Shown piece after piece: positions 16,215 through 25,440 of a stretch of DNA of 34,590 nucleotides (its first letter is position 1; each line of letters opens with the position of its first letter). The translations under genes were made by a program, and so were the position numbers. The notes beneath the pieces are model-generated. The model made no database searches. It saw only the letters and a program-made list of their open reading frames with translations, and was not told the DNA's origin. This stretch comes from an uncultured Dehalococcoidales bacterium (GTDB lineage: Bacteria > Chloroflexota > Dehalococcoidia > Dehalococcoidales > UBA2162). The stretch lies in the NCBI GenBank assembly GCA_964543495.1, contig CAZIYN010000002.1, forward strand, positions 621 through 35,210, written 5' to 3'.

Positions 16215-17978
16215 ATGAATAGGGATAACTATAACATCACTTATCCCGCACCATTCCCTGCCGGATGTATTCTTGAGAAAAATGTCGCCGTCCCGATGCG
16301 TGACGGAGTTAAACTGGCACTCGATATATACAAACCGACCGCTGATAACGGACCATGGCCGGTAATTCTCGCCTACTCTCCGTTTCAGAAAGAACGATTT
16401 TTCGAGAGCGCCAGGCCAGCTTTCTACTGCCCGAAAGGATACGTCTGTGTCCAGGCTGCGGAAAGGGGCAGCGGTTTCAACGAGGGCAGATTTACTTTTC
16501 ACGGTAAAACCGCGGCTGAGGACGGTTACGATATCATCGAATGGATTGCCGCTCAACCCTGGTGCAACGGTAATGTCGCTATGATGGGAGCTTCAGGATA
16601 CGGTGTTATGCAGTGGCTTACAGCTCCCCTGAACCCCCCGCATCTGAAAGCCCTGGTGGTGCTGGGAACGACCGATAATTACCGCGGTCTCTGCTACCCG
16701 GGAGGTGTACTGCGGCGGCCCTTCGTGCTGGGACTCGTCTCCGGACTGACTCTGGCAGCCATCTGGCCGGGACCGATCGAAGGCAAGGAACCTCCGATGA
16801 ATGTCATTTCTGAAATCTTCTCTCACACCGAGGACGGGCCGTTCTGGTGGGAACACGGGGGCGGATGGAAAAACGCCGGGAAGATTAAAGCCCCGGTATT
16901 GAACCTTATCCATACTCCCAACCGGCTTCACGCTATGTACCACCTGCGTTCTTACGCCGATATAAAATCGACTAAAAAACTTGTAATTACACCCTGGACG
17001 AATGAAAACTACCAGCCCTGGATATTCGAGACAACCTCCTTTAACGAGTATATCCTCCGCTGGCTGGACTACTGGTTAAAAGGTATCGATACCGGTATTA
17101 TGGACGAGCCAGAAATAGCAATCTATGACAACGGTACCGGTAAATGGAGGTTCGAAAACGAGTTCCCACTGAAACGTACGCAGTGGACCGGATTCTTCCT
17201 TCACGGGAAACCGGCGAACGGCGAATACGGTACTATCAGTGTGAAAGAACCGGAGGAAGAAAAACCCGATATCTACCACAACCTCAGCCTGAATACAGCC
17301 CTGACGACCTCTTACGGTTTGAAAAGTACCTTAACCGAACCCGAAAGACCGAGAAACGTCGCCTACATATCTCCGCCGCTCGAAGAGGACCTCACTGTCT
17401 GGGGACCGGTCAGTTTTACTCTGTACGCTTCCACCACTCAGGAAGTTACCTCCGACTGGTCCTTTTTCGTGAAGATGGGAGAAATGGTGCCTGAAGGTGT
17501 GCCTTTGAATCCCGCAACAGGCAGCCCGGAGATAAAACCTGAGGCAAACGACCTGTGGACGCCTGAAGAAGTCCAGATTTGGAGCTGGGGGGCTCTGAAG
17601 GCTAAGTTCAGGCAAGTCGATGAAGGAATGTCCCGGCCAGGGATGCCCTGGCATACGTTCCGGGACCCGGAAGATATAAAATCCGGTACTATATACGAGT
17701 TTCAGATTGAGATGCAGCCCGTTTTCAAGACTTTCAGAAAAGGGTGCCGGATATGGCTGAAAATAGCCAGCGATGACGCTTTATACTCCACCTGGGACAG
17801 TTCATCAAGCTATGTTGAGACTCCTCTCTCACCGGAAAAAGCCGAAATTTCTGTTTACCACGACCCCGAACATCCTTCCCATTTGCTGTTTCCGGTTATT
17901 CCGGATGCCCCTGAAATCGAACCGGTGAAACCGCCGTTACGCAATGCCGTTCCCGGCGCTCCCCGGTTTACAGAATAA
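16215..17978 (+). CDS. CocE/NonD family hydrolase (X-Pro dipeptidyl-peptidase S15-like)
   Basis: It has VPMRDGVKLALDIYKP...PVILAYSPF, the nucleophile region MMGASGYGVMQW, and a C-terminal beta-domain ending ISVYHDPEHPSHLLFPVIP. An AGGAG SD lies upstream. Confidence 0.8.
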   Translation: MNRDNYNITYPAPFPAGCILEKNVAVPMRDGVKLALDIYKPTADNGPWPVILAYSPFQKERFFESARPAFYCPKGYVCVQAAERGSGFNEGRFTFHGKTAAEDGYDIIEWIAAQPWCNGNVAMMGASGYGVMQWLTAPLNPPHLKALVVLGTTDNYRGLCYPGGVLRRPFVLGLVSGLTLAAIWPGPIEGKEPPMNVISEIFSHTEDGPFWWEHGGGWKNAGKIKAPVLNLIHTPNRLHAMYHLRSYADIKSTKKLVITPWTNENYQPWIFETTSFNEYILRWLDYWLKGIDTGIMDEPEIAIYDNGTGKWRFENEFPLKRTQWTGFFLHGKPANGEYGTISVKEPEEEKPDIYHNLSLNTALTTSYGLKSTLTEPERPRNVAYISPPLEEDLTVWGPVSFTLYASTTQEVTSDWSFFVKMGEMVPEGVPLNPATGSPEIKPEANDLWTPEEVQIWSWGALKAKFRQVDEGMSRPGMPWHTFRDPEDIKSGTIYEFQIEMQPVFKTFRKGCRIWLKIASDDALYSTWDSSSSYVETPLSPEKAEISVYHDPEHPSHLLFPVIPDAPEIEPVKPPLRNAVPGAPRFTE

Positions 17979-18004
17979 TATACGGATACGAATGGAGAAC
18001 GAAT

Positions 18005-19426
18005 ATGAATAACAAGATATCAGTAGAAACGGTCACCGAACCTGCCAGAGAAATCAAAGTAGTGCGCGAGGCGGATGTCGTTGTTGTCGGCGGTGGTCCC
18101 GGCGGCGTGGGAGCGGCTGTATGCGCGGCAAGAGCCGGAGCGGATACAGTGCTCATAGAGAGGTACGGACACCTCGGCGGAATGGCTTCCGGAGGTCTGG
18201 TCAATATCATCCCTAACCTGGGTGATATTTATGGAGAGCAGCATATAGCAGGCATCGTCCAGGAAATAATCGACAGGATGGATGCCAGGGGAGCCGCTTC
18301 TTACCCGAAAAAGTCCGACTGGGGGACCACCGAGAGAGAAGTGGTAGACCGATATCTCAATGCCAGCCTGCGTAATTTCTACGTTCGGAAGAACAACAAG
18401 CTGGACAAGGAAATTGTCCTCTACTCCGCACTCGTCGACCCCGAGGTGCTCAAGGACGAGCTTAACGACATGGTTCAGGAAGCGGGCGCAACGATTTATC
18501 TCCATTCCTGGGGCACACAACCCATTATGGAGGGAAACCGGGTGAAGGGAGTCTTCTTTGAAAGTAAGTCTGGCAGGCAGGCGATACTTGCCAAGGTGGT
18601 AATCGATTCCACCGGCGACGGCGACCTCCTGATACCGTCCGGGGCAGACGTAATTACCGAAATGAAGCGCCCCAGCAGGATTGCCAACCTGGCTTTCTGT
18701 TTCTGGATTACGAATGTCGACAACGCGAAAGAGGATGACTTTAAAGCAGCTCATCCTGAGAAATATGATGAACTTATGAAGGAACTCTCCGGGAAACGCG
18801 GGTTTGCCAGGCACTTCAGGGGTCTGCTTAAAGACCAGGAGGATGTAATCTGGTTCCATCCCCATATACCCGCTGAAGACCAGACGGATGTGGAAGAAAT
18901 GACCCGAATTGACATCGATACCCGTAAAAGAGCTCTCATCACATATGAATTCCTGAAAAAATACGTGCCGGGATATGAAAAAAGCTATATTATGCAGACG
19001 GCACCCCAGCTGGGTACCACAGGTGGTAAGAGGGTAGTCGGCGAATACGTCATCAAAGAAGAAGACATGAACACTACCGAACCTTTCGAGGACACGATAG
19101 CCGTTTTCGCCGGAAACGACCGCGGCGAGCTTTCCCACCAGTACCCGAAGATGTTCATCCCCTATCGCAGCCTTGTGCCGAAGAAGGTGGAAGGTCTGAT
19201 GGTTGCCTGCCGCGCTTTCTCATCCGAACACGCCGTAAACAACCATTTCAACCTGATTCCTCACTGCCTCTGCTTCGGACAGGCAGCCGGGACGGCGGCG
19301 GCAATGGCGCTGGACAGCGGGGTAAGCGTCAAAGAGGTGGACATCAAAGCCCTGCAGAAAAACCTTCTCAAACAGGGTGTTATTCTGCCTGAGATAAAGC
19401 AACCGACAAAGATAGCAAGTAAATAA
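18005..19426 (+). CDS. FAD-dependent oxidoreductase (FAD_oxidored/GIDA-like Rossmann family)
   Basis: The N-terminal dinucleotide fold is DVVVVGGGPGGVGAAVCAARAGADTVLIERYGHLGGMASGG, with DSTGDGDL mid-protein. Confidence 0.75.
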   Translation: MNNKISVETVTEPAREIKVVREADVVVVGGGPGGVGAAVCAARAGADTVLIERYGHLGGMASGGLVNIIPNLGDIYGEQHIAGIVQEIIDRMDARGAASYPKKSDWGTTEREVVDRYLNASLRNFYVRKNNKLDKEIVLYSALVDPEVLKDELNDMVQEAGATIYLHSWGTQPIMEGNRVKGVFFESKSGRQAILAKVVIDSTGDGDLLIPSGADVITEMKRPSRIANLAFCFWITNVDNAKEDDFKAAHPEKYDELMKELSGKRGFARHFRGLLKDQEDVIWFHPHIPAEDQTDVEEMTRIDIDTRKRALITYEFLKKYVPGYEKSYIMQTAPQLGTTGGKRVVGEYVIKEEDMNTTEPFEDTIAVFAGNDRGELSHQYPKMFIPYRSLVPKKVEGLMVACRAFSSEHAVNNHFNLIPHCLCFGQAAGTAAAMALDSGVSVKEVDIKALQKNLLKQGVILPEIKQPTKIASK

Positions 19427-19427
19427 A

Positions 19428-20930
19428 ATGAATCCTGATAGCATAATAGATGATTTTCACAGGGGACTTGCCGGAATAACCGGGTCGGGTAACATCTCCG
19501 AAGACCCGGATGTACTCGCCGGATATTCAAGCGATATCAGCTTCGTCTCCGGAGGCAGTCCTCTCCTTGCCGTGTACCCCGAGAACAGGGAAGAGGTTCA
19601 GGGTATCGTAAGGAAGGCAAACGAGTACGGAATACCTCTTGTCCCTGTGAGCTCGGGACCACCCCGGTTCAATGGCGATACTGTACCTGAACGGGACAGT
19701 GTAATAATCGACTTCAGCAGGATGAAACGGATTATTAACATAGACCCCGTCAACAGGGCGGTTATGATAGAGGCGGGAGTTACTTACGGAGAGTTAATCC
19801 CGGAGCTGAAAAAACACGGATTGAAGTTGATTACTTCGCTGCTACCCCGGGCATCTAAATCGGTCGTGACCAGCCGGCTTGAAAGAGAGCCGACCCTTGT
19901 CCCTAAATACCAGTTCGATTACGTTGACCCGCTACTCACCCTGGAGGTCGTTTACGGGACCGGCGATGATTTCAGGACCGGTTCTGCTTCCGGTCCGGGA
20001 AAACTGGAAGACCTGAAATCGGACAAGGTCAATCCCTGGGGACCCGGTTCCATAGATTATTTCAGGTTCCTTTCCGGCGCCCAGGGGACAATGGGGCTGG
20101 TTACCTGGATTGTAACCAAGGTGGAAGTCCTTCCGAAAATCCGGAAACTGTATTTCATCCCTTTCGAAGATATAAATAAATTGACCCTGCCGATGAACAT
20201 GCTGTTGAAGCGGAGAGTCGTCGACGAATGCCTGGCGCTGAACAACGTAAACCTCGCCACCATACTTGCCGGAAGTATGCCGGATGACTATACGGAACTC
20301 AAGAAAAATCTACTCCCCTGGACGGTTATCGTCTGCATTTCCGGTTATGACAGACATCCCAAAGAAAGAGTGAGTATTCAGGAGAGGTACCTGCTTGAAA
20401 TCTGCAAAGACCTCGATTTGAAAACCTCTACTTCTCTTCCCGGAGCAGAGGGGGAAGAAGAAAAAGTGCTGGAACTCCTGTCCGGTGTATGGGACAAGAC
20501 TCCATACTGGAAACTGCAGCGTAAAGGCTCGTCCCGTCGGATTTTCTTCCTGTCCCCGTTCAGCAAGGTCACGGAACTTATCGCTTGTATGAAAGACATG
20601 GCTATAAAGCACGGCTTCCCGCCGGAAGAAATCGGTTGCTATGTCCAGCCGGTTGTTCAGGGAAGAGGCTGCCATATCGAGTTCAACCTGCCGTGCGACG
20701 AGTCGGATACCGCTGAAATGGCGGGAGTGAAGGAGTTGTGTACAACCGCGCCGGAAGTTCTGATGAAAAACGGCGCTTATTTCAGCCGTCCTTACGGCTC
20801 GTGGGCCGATATAGTCTATGAAGGTAACAACGAACTGGTAACTGCGCTTAGAAAACTAAAAGGAATATTCGACCCGAATAACATCCTCAACCCGGACAAA
20901 CTGTGTTTTAAGGAGACGGTGCGTGGATAA
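19428..20930 (+). CDS. FAD-linked oxidase (PCMH/VAO/GlcD-type FAD-binding domain), subunit 1
   Basis: It has the layout of the FAD_binding_4 plus FAD-oxidase_C families: PENREEVQGIVRKANEYGIPLVPVSSG...VIIDFSRMKRIINIDPVNRAVMIEAGVTYGEL, with a C-terminal ...LKGIFDPNNILNPDKL. The ATG is 1 nt after the upstream stop. Confidence 0.7.
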   Translation: MNPDSIIDDFHRGLAGITGSGNISEDPDVLAGYSSDISFVSGGSPLLAVYPENREEVQGIVRKANEYGIPLVPVSSGPPRFNGDTVPERDSVIIDFSRMKRIINIDPVNRAVMIEAGVTYGELIPELKKHGLKLITSLLPRASKSVVTSRLEREPTLVPKYQFDYVDPLLTLEVVYGTGDDFRTGSASGPGKLEDLKSDKVNPWGPGSIDYFRFLSGAQGTMGLVTWIVTKVEVLPKIRKLYFIPFEDINKLTLPMNMLLKRRVVDECLALNNVNLATILAGSMPDDYTELKKNLLPWTVIVCISGYDRHPKERVSIQERYLLEICKDLDLKTSTSLPGAEGEEEKVLELLSGVWDKTPYWKLQRKGSSRRIFFLSPFSKVTELIACMKDMAIKHGFPPEEIGCYVQPVVQGRGCHIEFNLPCDESDTAEMAGVKELCTTAPEVLMKNGAYFSRPYGSWADIVYEGNNELVTALRKLKGIFDPNNILNPDKLCFKETVRG

Positions 20931-22173
20931 CCTGAACGATTATATCTATACCATGGAGTCCTGCAACCACTGCGGGCAGTGCCGTTTCATACTGGGACCG
21001 AAGATGAGAGGTTGGGAATTCGCTGAAATTTGCCCGATTTACCAGAAATTCCAGTTCGACGCTTACTCGGGCCAGGGCCTGATAAATATCGCCCAGGAAC
21101 TCCTTGAAGGCACCCTGGAATATGACGACGGACTAATCGAGCATATCTATAGCTGCACCACCTGCGGCGCCTGCGACGTGAACTGCAAGTCCGTCAGGGA
21201 TATGGAAGTAATGGACACCATCCTGGCGCTGAGGCAAAAGTGCGTCGAGGACGGAAAGGGTCCGATGCCCGCACATAAAGAACTCACCCGGAATGTGGAA
21301 ACCGAACACAATATCTACGGGGAACCGCATAACAAACGGTTTCAGTGGCTCGGTGGAGATAAAAAAATTTCTGAAAAATCAGGAGTGGCTTATTTCGTCG
21401 GCTGTTCCACCGCTTACAAATACCCGGATACGGCTCTGAATATCACCGGAATTCTAAAAGCCGGGGATATCGACTTCACGGTATTGGACGCGGAAGAATA
21501 CTGCTGCGGAGCCCCGCTGTGGCGGACGGGGCAGAGAGAAGCCGCCGTGAAACTGGCTGAGCATAATATGGAGATTTTTAAGAAACAGGGTATCAAGACG
21601 GTTATAACCGGCTGTGCCGAGTGCTACGGCGCCTTCAGAGGTTTTTATCCGAGAATACAGAAGCTCGACTTCGATGTGCTGCATATTACCGAAATCATCT
21701 ACAAACTGCTTCAGGAAGAAAAACTGAAGCCGAATAAAAGACTGGATATGAAATTAACATACCACGACCCCTGCCTGCTTGGCAGGTTATCCGAGTTGTA
21801 CATACCCTGGGAAGGCGAAATTAAACCGTTCGGGTACCACGACCCGCCCAAGCAGTTCCGCCGGGGAACTTATGGTGTCTATGACGCCCCGCGTGAAATC
21901 CTGAAAGCAATACCCGGAATCGAACTCGTTGAAATGACGCGGAATGAAGAAAACGCTTTCTGCTGCGGCGGAGGCGGCGGAGTGCCGGAGGCATTTCCCG
22001 ATTTCGCCCTCTGGACCGCCGGAGAGAGATTAAGAGAAGCGAAATCGACGGGAGCCGAAGCTATTGTTTCATGCTGCCCTTTCTGCCGGTCGAACTTCGA
22101 AAAAGCAGCAGTCGGGGGTGATAATATCCCGTATTTCGACATTACCGAACTGGTTATGAAAGCGCTTGAATAG
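20923..22173 (+). CDS. Fe-S / CCG-domain protein (HdrD / GlcF-like)
   Basis: It has CNHCGQC...CP and CTTCGACDVNC ferredoxin-type motifs plus two CCG domains (YFVGCSTAY...CCGAPL and YHDPCLLGR...CCGGGGG...CPFC). The GTG start overlaps the upstream stop by 8 nt and has an AAGGAGA SD. An alternative ATG is at 20953. Confidence 0.8.
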   Translation: MDNLNDYIYTMESCNHCGQCRFILGPKMRGWEFAEICPIYQKFQFDAYSGQGLINIAQELLEGTLEYDDGLIEHIYSCTTCGACDVNCKSVRDMEVMDTILALRQKCVEDGKGPMPAHKELTRNVETEHNIYGEPHNKRFQWLGGDKKISEKSGVAYFVGCSTAYKYPDTALNITGILKAGDIDFTVLDAEEYCCGAPLWRTGQREAAVKLAEHNMEIFKKQGIKTVITGCAECYGAFRGFYPRIQKLDFDVLHITEIIYKLLQEEKLKPNKRLDMKLTYHDPCLLGRLSELYIPWEGEIKPFGYHDPPKQFRRGTYGVYDAPREILKAIPGIELVEMTRNEENAFCCGGGGGVPEAFPDFALWTAGERLREAKSTGAEAIVSCCPFCRSNFEKAAVGGDNIPYFDITELVMKALE

Positions 22174-22188
22174 GAAAAGAGATTTAGG

Positions 22189-23661
22189 ATGAGCCTGCCT
22201 GATAATATCTACAAACTGATGGAAAAGGTGGTGGGAGCGGAGAATATCACCGACCGCCCTCATATCCTGGCGGCCTACCGCCATGCCTCGCCGCAGGGTA
22301 TGGGTAAACCGCCAAGCCCGGAAGCAGTCGTGATGCCGGGCAGCACGGAAGAAGTCCGGGCGATAGTGAAGATATGCATAGAGAACGGGTTAAAATATTC
22401 CGCCGTCACCTCGCTTTTCGGGTCCGGAGTTACCGGCCCGGGGACGGTTATTATCAGCCTTAGGCGGATGAATAAAATAATAGAAATAAACGAAGAAGAC
22501 CGCTATGTAGTCGTAGAACCCGGAGTCAGGCACGTCCAGTTAAAACCGGAGCTGATGAAGAGAGGTCTGACTTATCCGGTGCCGTCCGTGGGCCCCTCGT
22601 GCTCGGTAATGGCAAACTTCCTCGGCAAAGGAGAACACCATATCCAGTACAGCACCTCCAAGAACAACCGCTATCTCCTCGGATATGAATGGGTCAGTCC
22701 TACCGGTGACATTATCAGGACGGGTTCGCTGGCGGGTAACGCCGGGTGGTTTTCGCCCGACGGACCGGGACCCAGCCTCGGCGGTCTTGTAGCAAAAGGA
22801 AACGGTATATACACCAGGGCCGCTATCGGGTTGGACGCCTGGAGAGGTCCGGCGGTTATGCCAGTGGAAGGCCGCTCCCCCAATTACAAAGTCCGTCTAC
22901 CGCAGGACTGCCATAGGGTGTTTATTTTTAAATTCCCTAGTTTAGATAAAGTACGCGACTTCATGGTCGAAATGGGCAGGGCGGAAATCGGCATCGGCGT
23001 CCTGAAGTTCTTCTACGCCACGGCAGCGGTGATGTTCACCGTTTCCGCCAACGATTTCTGGGAACTCTGGGACAGCGGTCTCTTCCAGAGAGAACTGCCG
23101 CTGGCGGTCTGGGTATACCTGGCAACCTGGAGTCCGGAAGAACTCGAATATGAGGAACGGGTGATGTGGGACATCGTCAATGAGATGGGAGGAGAGGAAG
23201 TAGCCGGGGAAGTGCGGAAGCGGTGGGAAGACAACATGGACTTCTTCATCCTGGTAAGTTTCCTGCAGCGGGTACTCAAGCTAGGCGGCGGCTGGAGACC
23301 GGTGATTCACTCCGAATCTTTACCCCATACCGTGGAGATTGCCAAATCATTCCCGGAGTATTTCCACAGGTTTGTCAACGAGGGACTGATATTAAACGCT
23401 CCGTATAATTACCAGATAATCCCTATCGAATACGGGCACGGCGCCCATATCGAACTGCTTTTCTTTTACGACCGCACCATACCGGAACGGCGGCGGCTAC
23501 CGATGGAGATATCCAGAGAAGCCGAGGCATACGATATCGAACACGGCCTTTATACGTCTCCTTCGCCAGGTAGCGCCAGGGAAGATATCGGAGAACTTTA
23601 CAGCAACTACAACGTCTGGATGAATAAGATAAGAGAAGCGTTCAGCCCCGATATCCAATAG
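22189..23661 (+). CDS. FAD-linked oxidase-like protein, subunit 2 (divergent)
   Basis: It has the same N-terminal architecture as 19428-20930 (PGSTEEVRAIVKICIENGLKYSAVTS...VIISLRRMNKIIEINEEDRYVVVEPGVRHVQL), but the loops are divergent. Confidence 0.6.
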   Translation: MSLPDNIYKLMEKVVGAENITDRPHILAAYRHASPQGMGKPPSPEAVVMPGSTEEVRAIVKICIENGLKYSAVTSLFGSGVTGPGTVIISLRRMNKIIEINEEDRYVVVEPGVRHVQLKPELMKRGLTYPVPSVGPSCSVMANFLGKGEHHIQYSTSKNNRYLLGYEWVSPTGDIIRTGSLAGNAGWFSPDGPGPSLGGLVAKGNGIYTRAAIGLDAWRGPAVMPVEGRSPNYKVRLPQDCHRVFIFKFPSLDKVRDFMVEMGRAEIGIGVLKFFYATAAVMFTVSANDFWELWDSGLFQRELPLAVWVYLATWSPEELEYEERVMWDIVNEMGGEEVAGEVRKRWEDNMDFFILVSFLQRVLKLGGGWRPVIHSESLPHTVEIAKSFPEYFHRFVNEGLILNAPYNYQIIPIEYGHGAHIELLFFYDRTIPERRRLPMEISREAEAYDIEHGLYTSPSPGSAREDIGELYSNYNVWMNKIREAFSPDIQ

Positions 23662-23753
23662 ACCTGCTTCTATCAGCCTGCCCCCCCCTGCAAATCCTGT
23701 CATTTATCGTTTATAATGTGATGTAAATTCGGAATTAAAAACCGGGAGTGAAC

Positions 23754-25439
23754 ATGGCACCTGTATACGGAATGACGCGTTTTGAATTCGACGAAAAGAA
23801 CGACCTTGAACACTATACTATATGGCTGGCCGACCTGGCTCATGGTGCGCCGCCGTGGAAGCCTCTTTTCTTCGTGGAAAGCTGGGGAAACTGGTGCTAC
23901 CGCTCCATACAGAAACTCGCCGAGCAGCTCTCTCTCCCCACCACCAAAGGCTGGGATGTCAGATTTATCGACGGCTATCCGTATCTGGCAGTAATCGAGA
24001 CCACCGAAGAAGAAGCGAAAGAGCGGGAGCCCCTGTTCAGGGAGAAGATAAGACCGTATATAGAGGACTTCGAGGACATCTGGGAACAGCGTAAGACCGA
24101 GATAATGGATATCTACGCCGGACTGAAGTCCGACTACGGGTTGAACAAATACGAAGATATACATAACTTAAGTAATGTAGACCTTCTGGATATTTTCGAC
24201 GACTACCTGCAGGTGAGTCGCAAGCAGTGGGATATCCACATGGAACTGCTGATGCCTGCCTATTACCTTTTCGGGCTGTTCGACCAGATTTGCCAGGAAC
24301 TGCTCGGATTCGGCAACAGCGATACGCGCTACGCAAAACTGATGACCGGATACGACAGTATGGTGTTCAGGTTCAATAAAGAAATAATAGCTCTGGCAAA
24401 CCGGGCAAAGGAACTCGGACTCGCCGGGATATTCCGGAATACCGGGGACAGTGAAGCTGTTATTTCAGAACTCGAAAAAAGCGAAAACGGAAAGAAATGG
24501 CTCGGTGAATACCGAGATTTTCTTGAAGTCCACGGCTGGCGGTGCGAGCGCATGCTCGACTGGGCGACACCGAACTGGATTGAGAAGCCGGTCCTGGGAG
24601 TCCCCTCGATAAAAATTGCAATCAATACCGGTGAAAGCCGGGAGATGGATGAAAGAAGACAGCGGGCTATAAAAGAAAGAGAAGAAACTGAAAAAGAAGT
24701 CCTTTCGGAAATAGCCGCCGGCCAGAAGGGATGGTTCGAAGCGCTGATGAAGTCCGCCCAGCGAGCCTGTTACTGGAGTGAAGACCATACCTACTATCTC
24801 GACCTCTACTGCCACGCCATAGGGCGGTGGATAACGAAGGAAATCGGGGACCGCTTCGAGAAAGCCGGAGTTATAGACGAATCGGAAGATGTTTATTTCC
24901 TGATTGCGGATGAAATCGAAAAAGCGCTGATTCCGATGGGCAAGGTAAAACTCCACGAGTACGTGAACGAGCGTAAGAAGGAATGGGAGGGATACAATAA
25001 ACTGACTCCCAAACCTCATTACGGCAACATAGACCGCGTGCAGGAAGTGGTCAGGAAAGACCCGGTGATTACAGTCGCCACGGCGACCCCCGTCGTCAGG
25101 GAAGACTTCAAGGCAGACCTTTACAGCGCAGCTTCGGCCCCCGGCGTAACCGAAGGTATTGCCCGCGTAATAATTCACGAAGACAAACTTGGAGAGCTCC
25201 GTCAGGGAGAAATACTGGTGGCATCCGGTATCAGCGCTCTCTGGACTCCCTCCTTCGAGATGATAAGCGGCATCGTTACCGACGGCGGCGGCGCCCTCTC
25301 TCACGCCGTAATCGTCGCCAGGGAGTACGGCATCCCGGCGGTAGTCGGTTGCCTGGAAGCAACGGCGAAAATAAAGACCGGCGACAGGTTGAAGGTGGAC
25401 GGAGACCTCGGTCTGGTCTATATACTGGAGAAAGCATAA
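23754..25439 (+). CDS. PEP-utilising-enzyme mobile (His-swivel) domain protein, phenylphosphate synthase PpsA-like
   Basis: The C-terminal swivel domain is ILVASGISALWTPSFEMISGIVTDGGGALSHAVIVAREYGIPAVVG with the conserved phospho-His context. The N-terminal ~430 aa are of unrecognised family. I prefer ATG 23754 (GGGAG SD 5 nt upstream) to GTG 23748. Confidence 0.7.
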   Translation: MAPVYGMTRFEFDEKNDLEHYTIWLADLAHGAPPWKPLFFVESWGNWCYRSIQKLAEQLSLPTTKGWDVRFIDGYPYLAVIETTEEEAKEREPLFREKIRPYIEDFEDIWEQRKTEIMDIYAGLKSDYGLNKYEDIHNLSNVDLLDIFDDYLQVSRKQWDIHMELLMPAYYLFGLFDQICQELLGFGNSDTRYAKLMTGYDSMVFRFNKEIIALANRAKELGLAGIFRNTGDSEAVISELEKSENGKKWLGEYRDFLEVHGWRCERMLDWATPNWIEKPVLGVPSIKIAINTGESREMDERRQRAIKEREETEKEVLSEIAAGQKGWFEALMKSAQRACYWSEDHTYYLDLYCHAIGRWITKEIGDRFEKAGVIDESEDVYFLIADEIEKALIPMGKVKLHEYVNERKKEWEGYNKLTPKPHYGNIDRVQEVVRKDPVITVATATPVVREDFKADLYSAASAPGVTEGIARVIIHEDKLGELRQGEILVASGISALWTPSFEMISGIVTDGGGALSHAVIVAREYGIPAVVGCLEATAKIKTGDRLKVDGDLGLVYILEKA

Positions 25440-25440
25440 A

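Noticed and set aside
18020-19138. A 372-aa ORF antisense to the FAD-dependent oxidoreductase gene.
   Set aside because: Its codons are exactly phase-aligned with the sense gene (offset 15 nt). Its openness therefore only reflects the sense gene's avoidance of TTA, CTA and TCA codons. It has no SD and no recognisable domain, and its composition is low-complexity. The sense gene has a clear Rossmann-fold signature.
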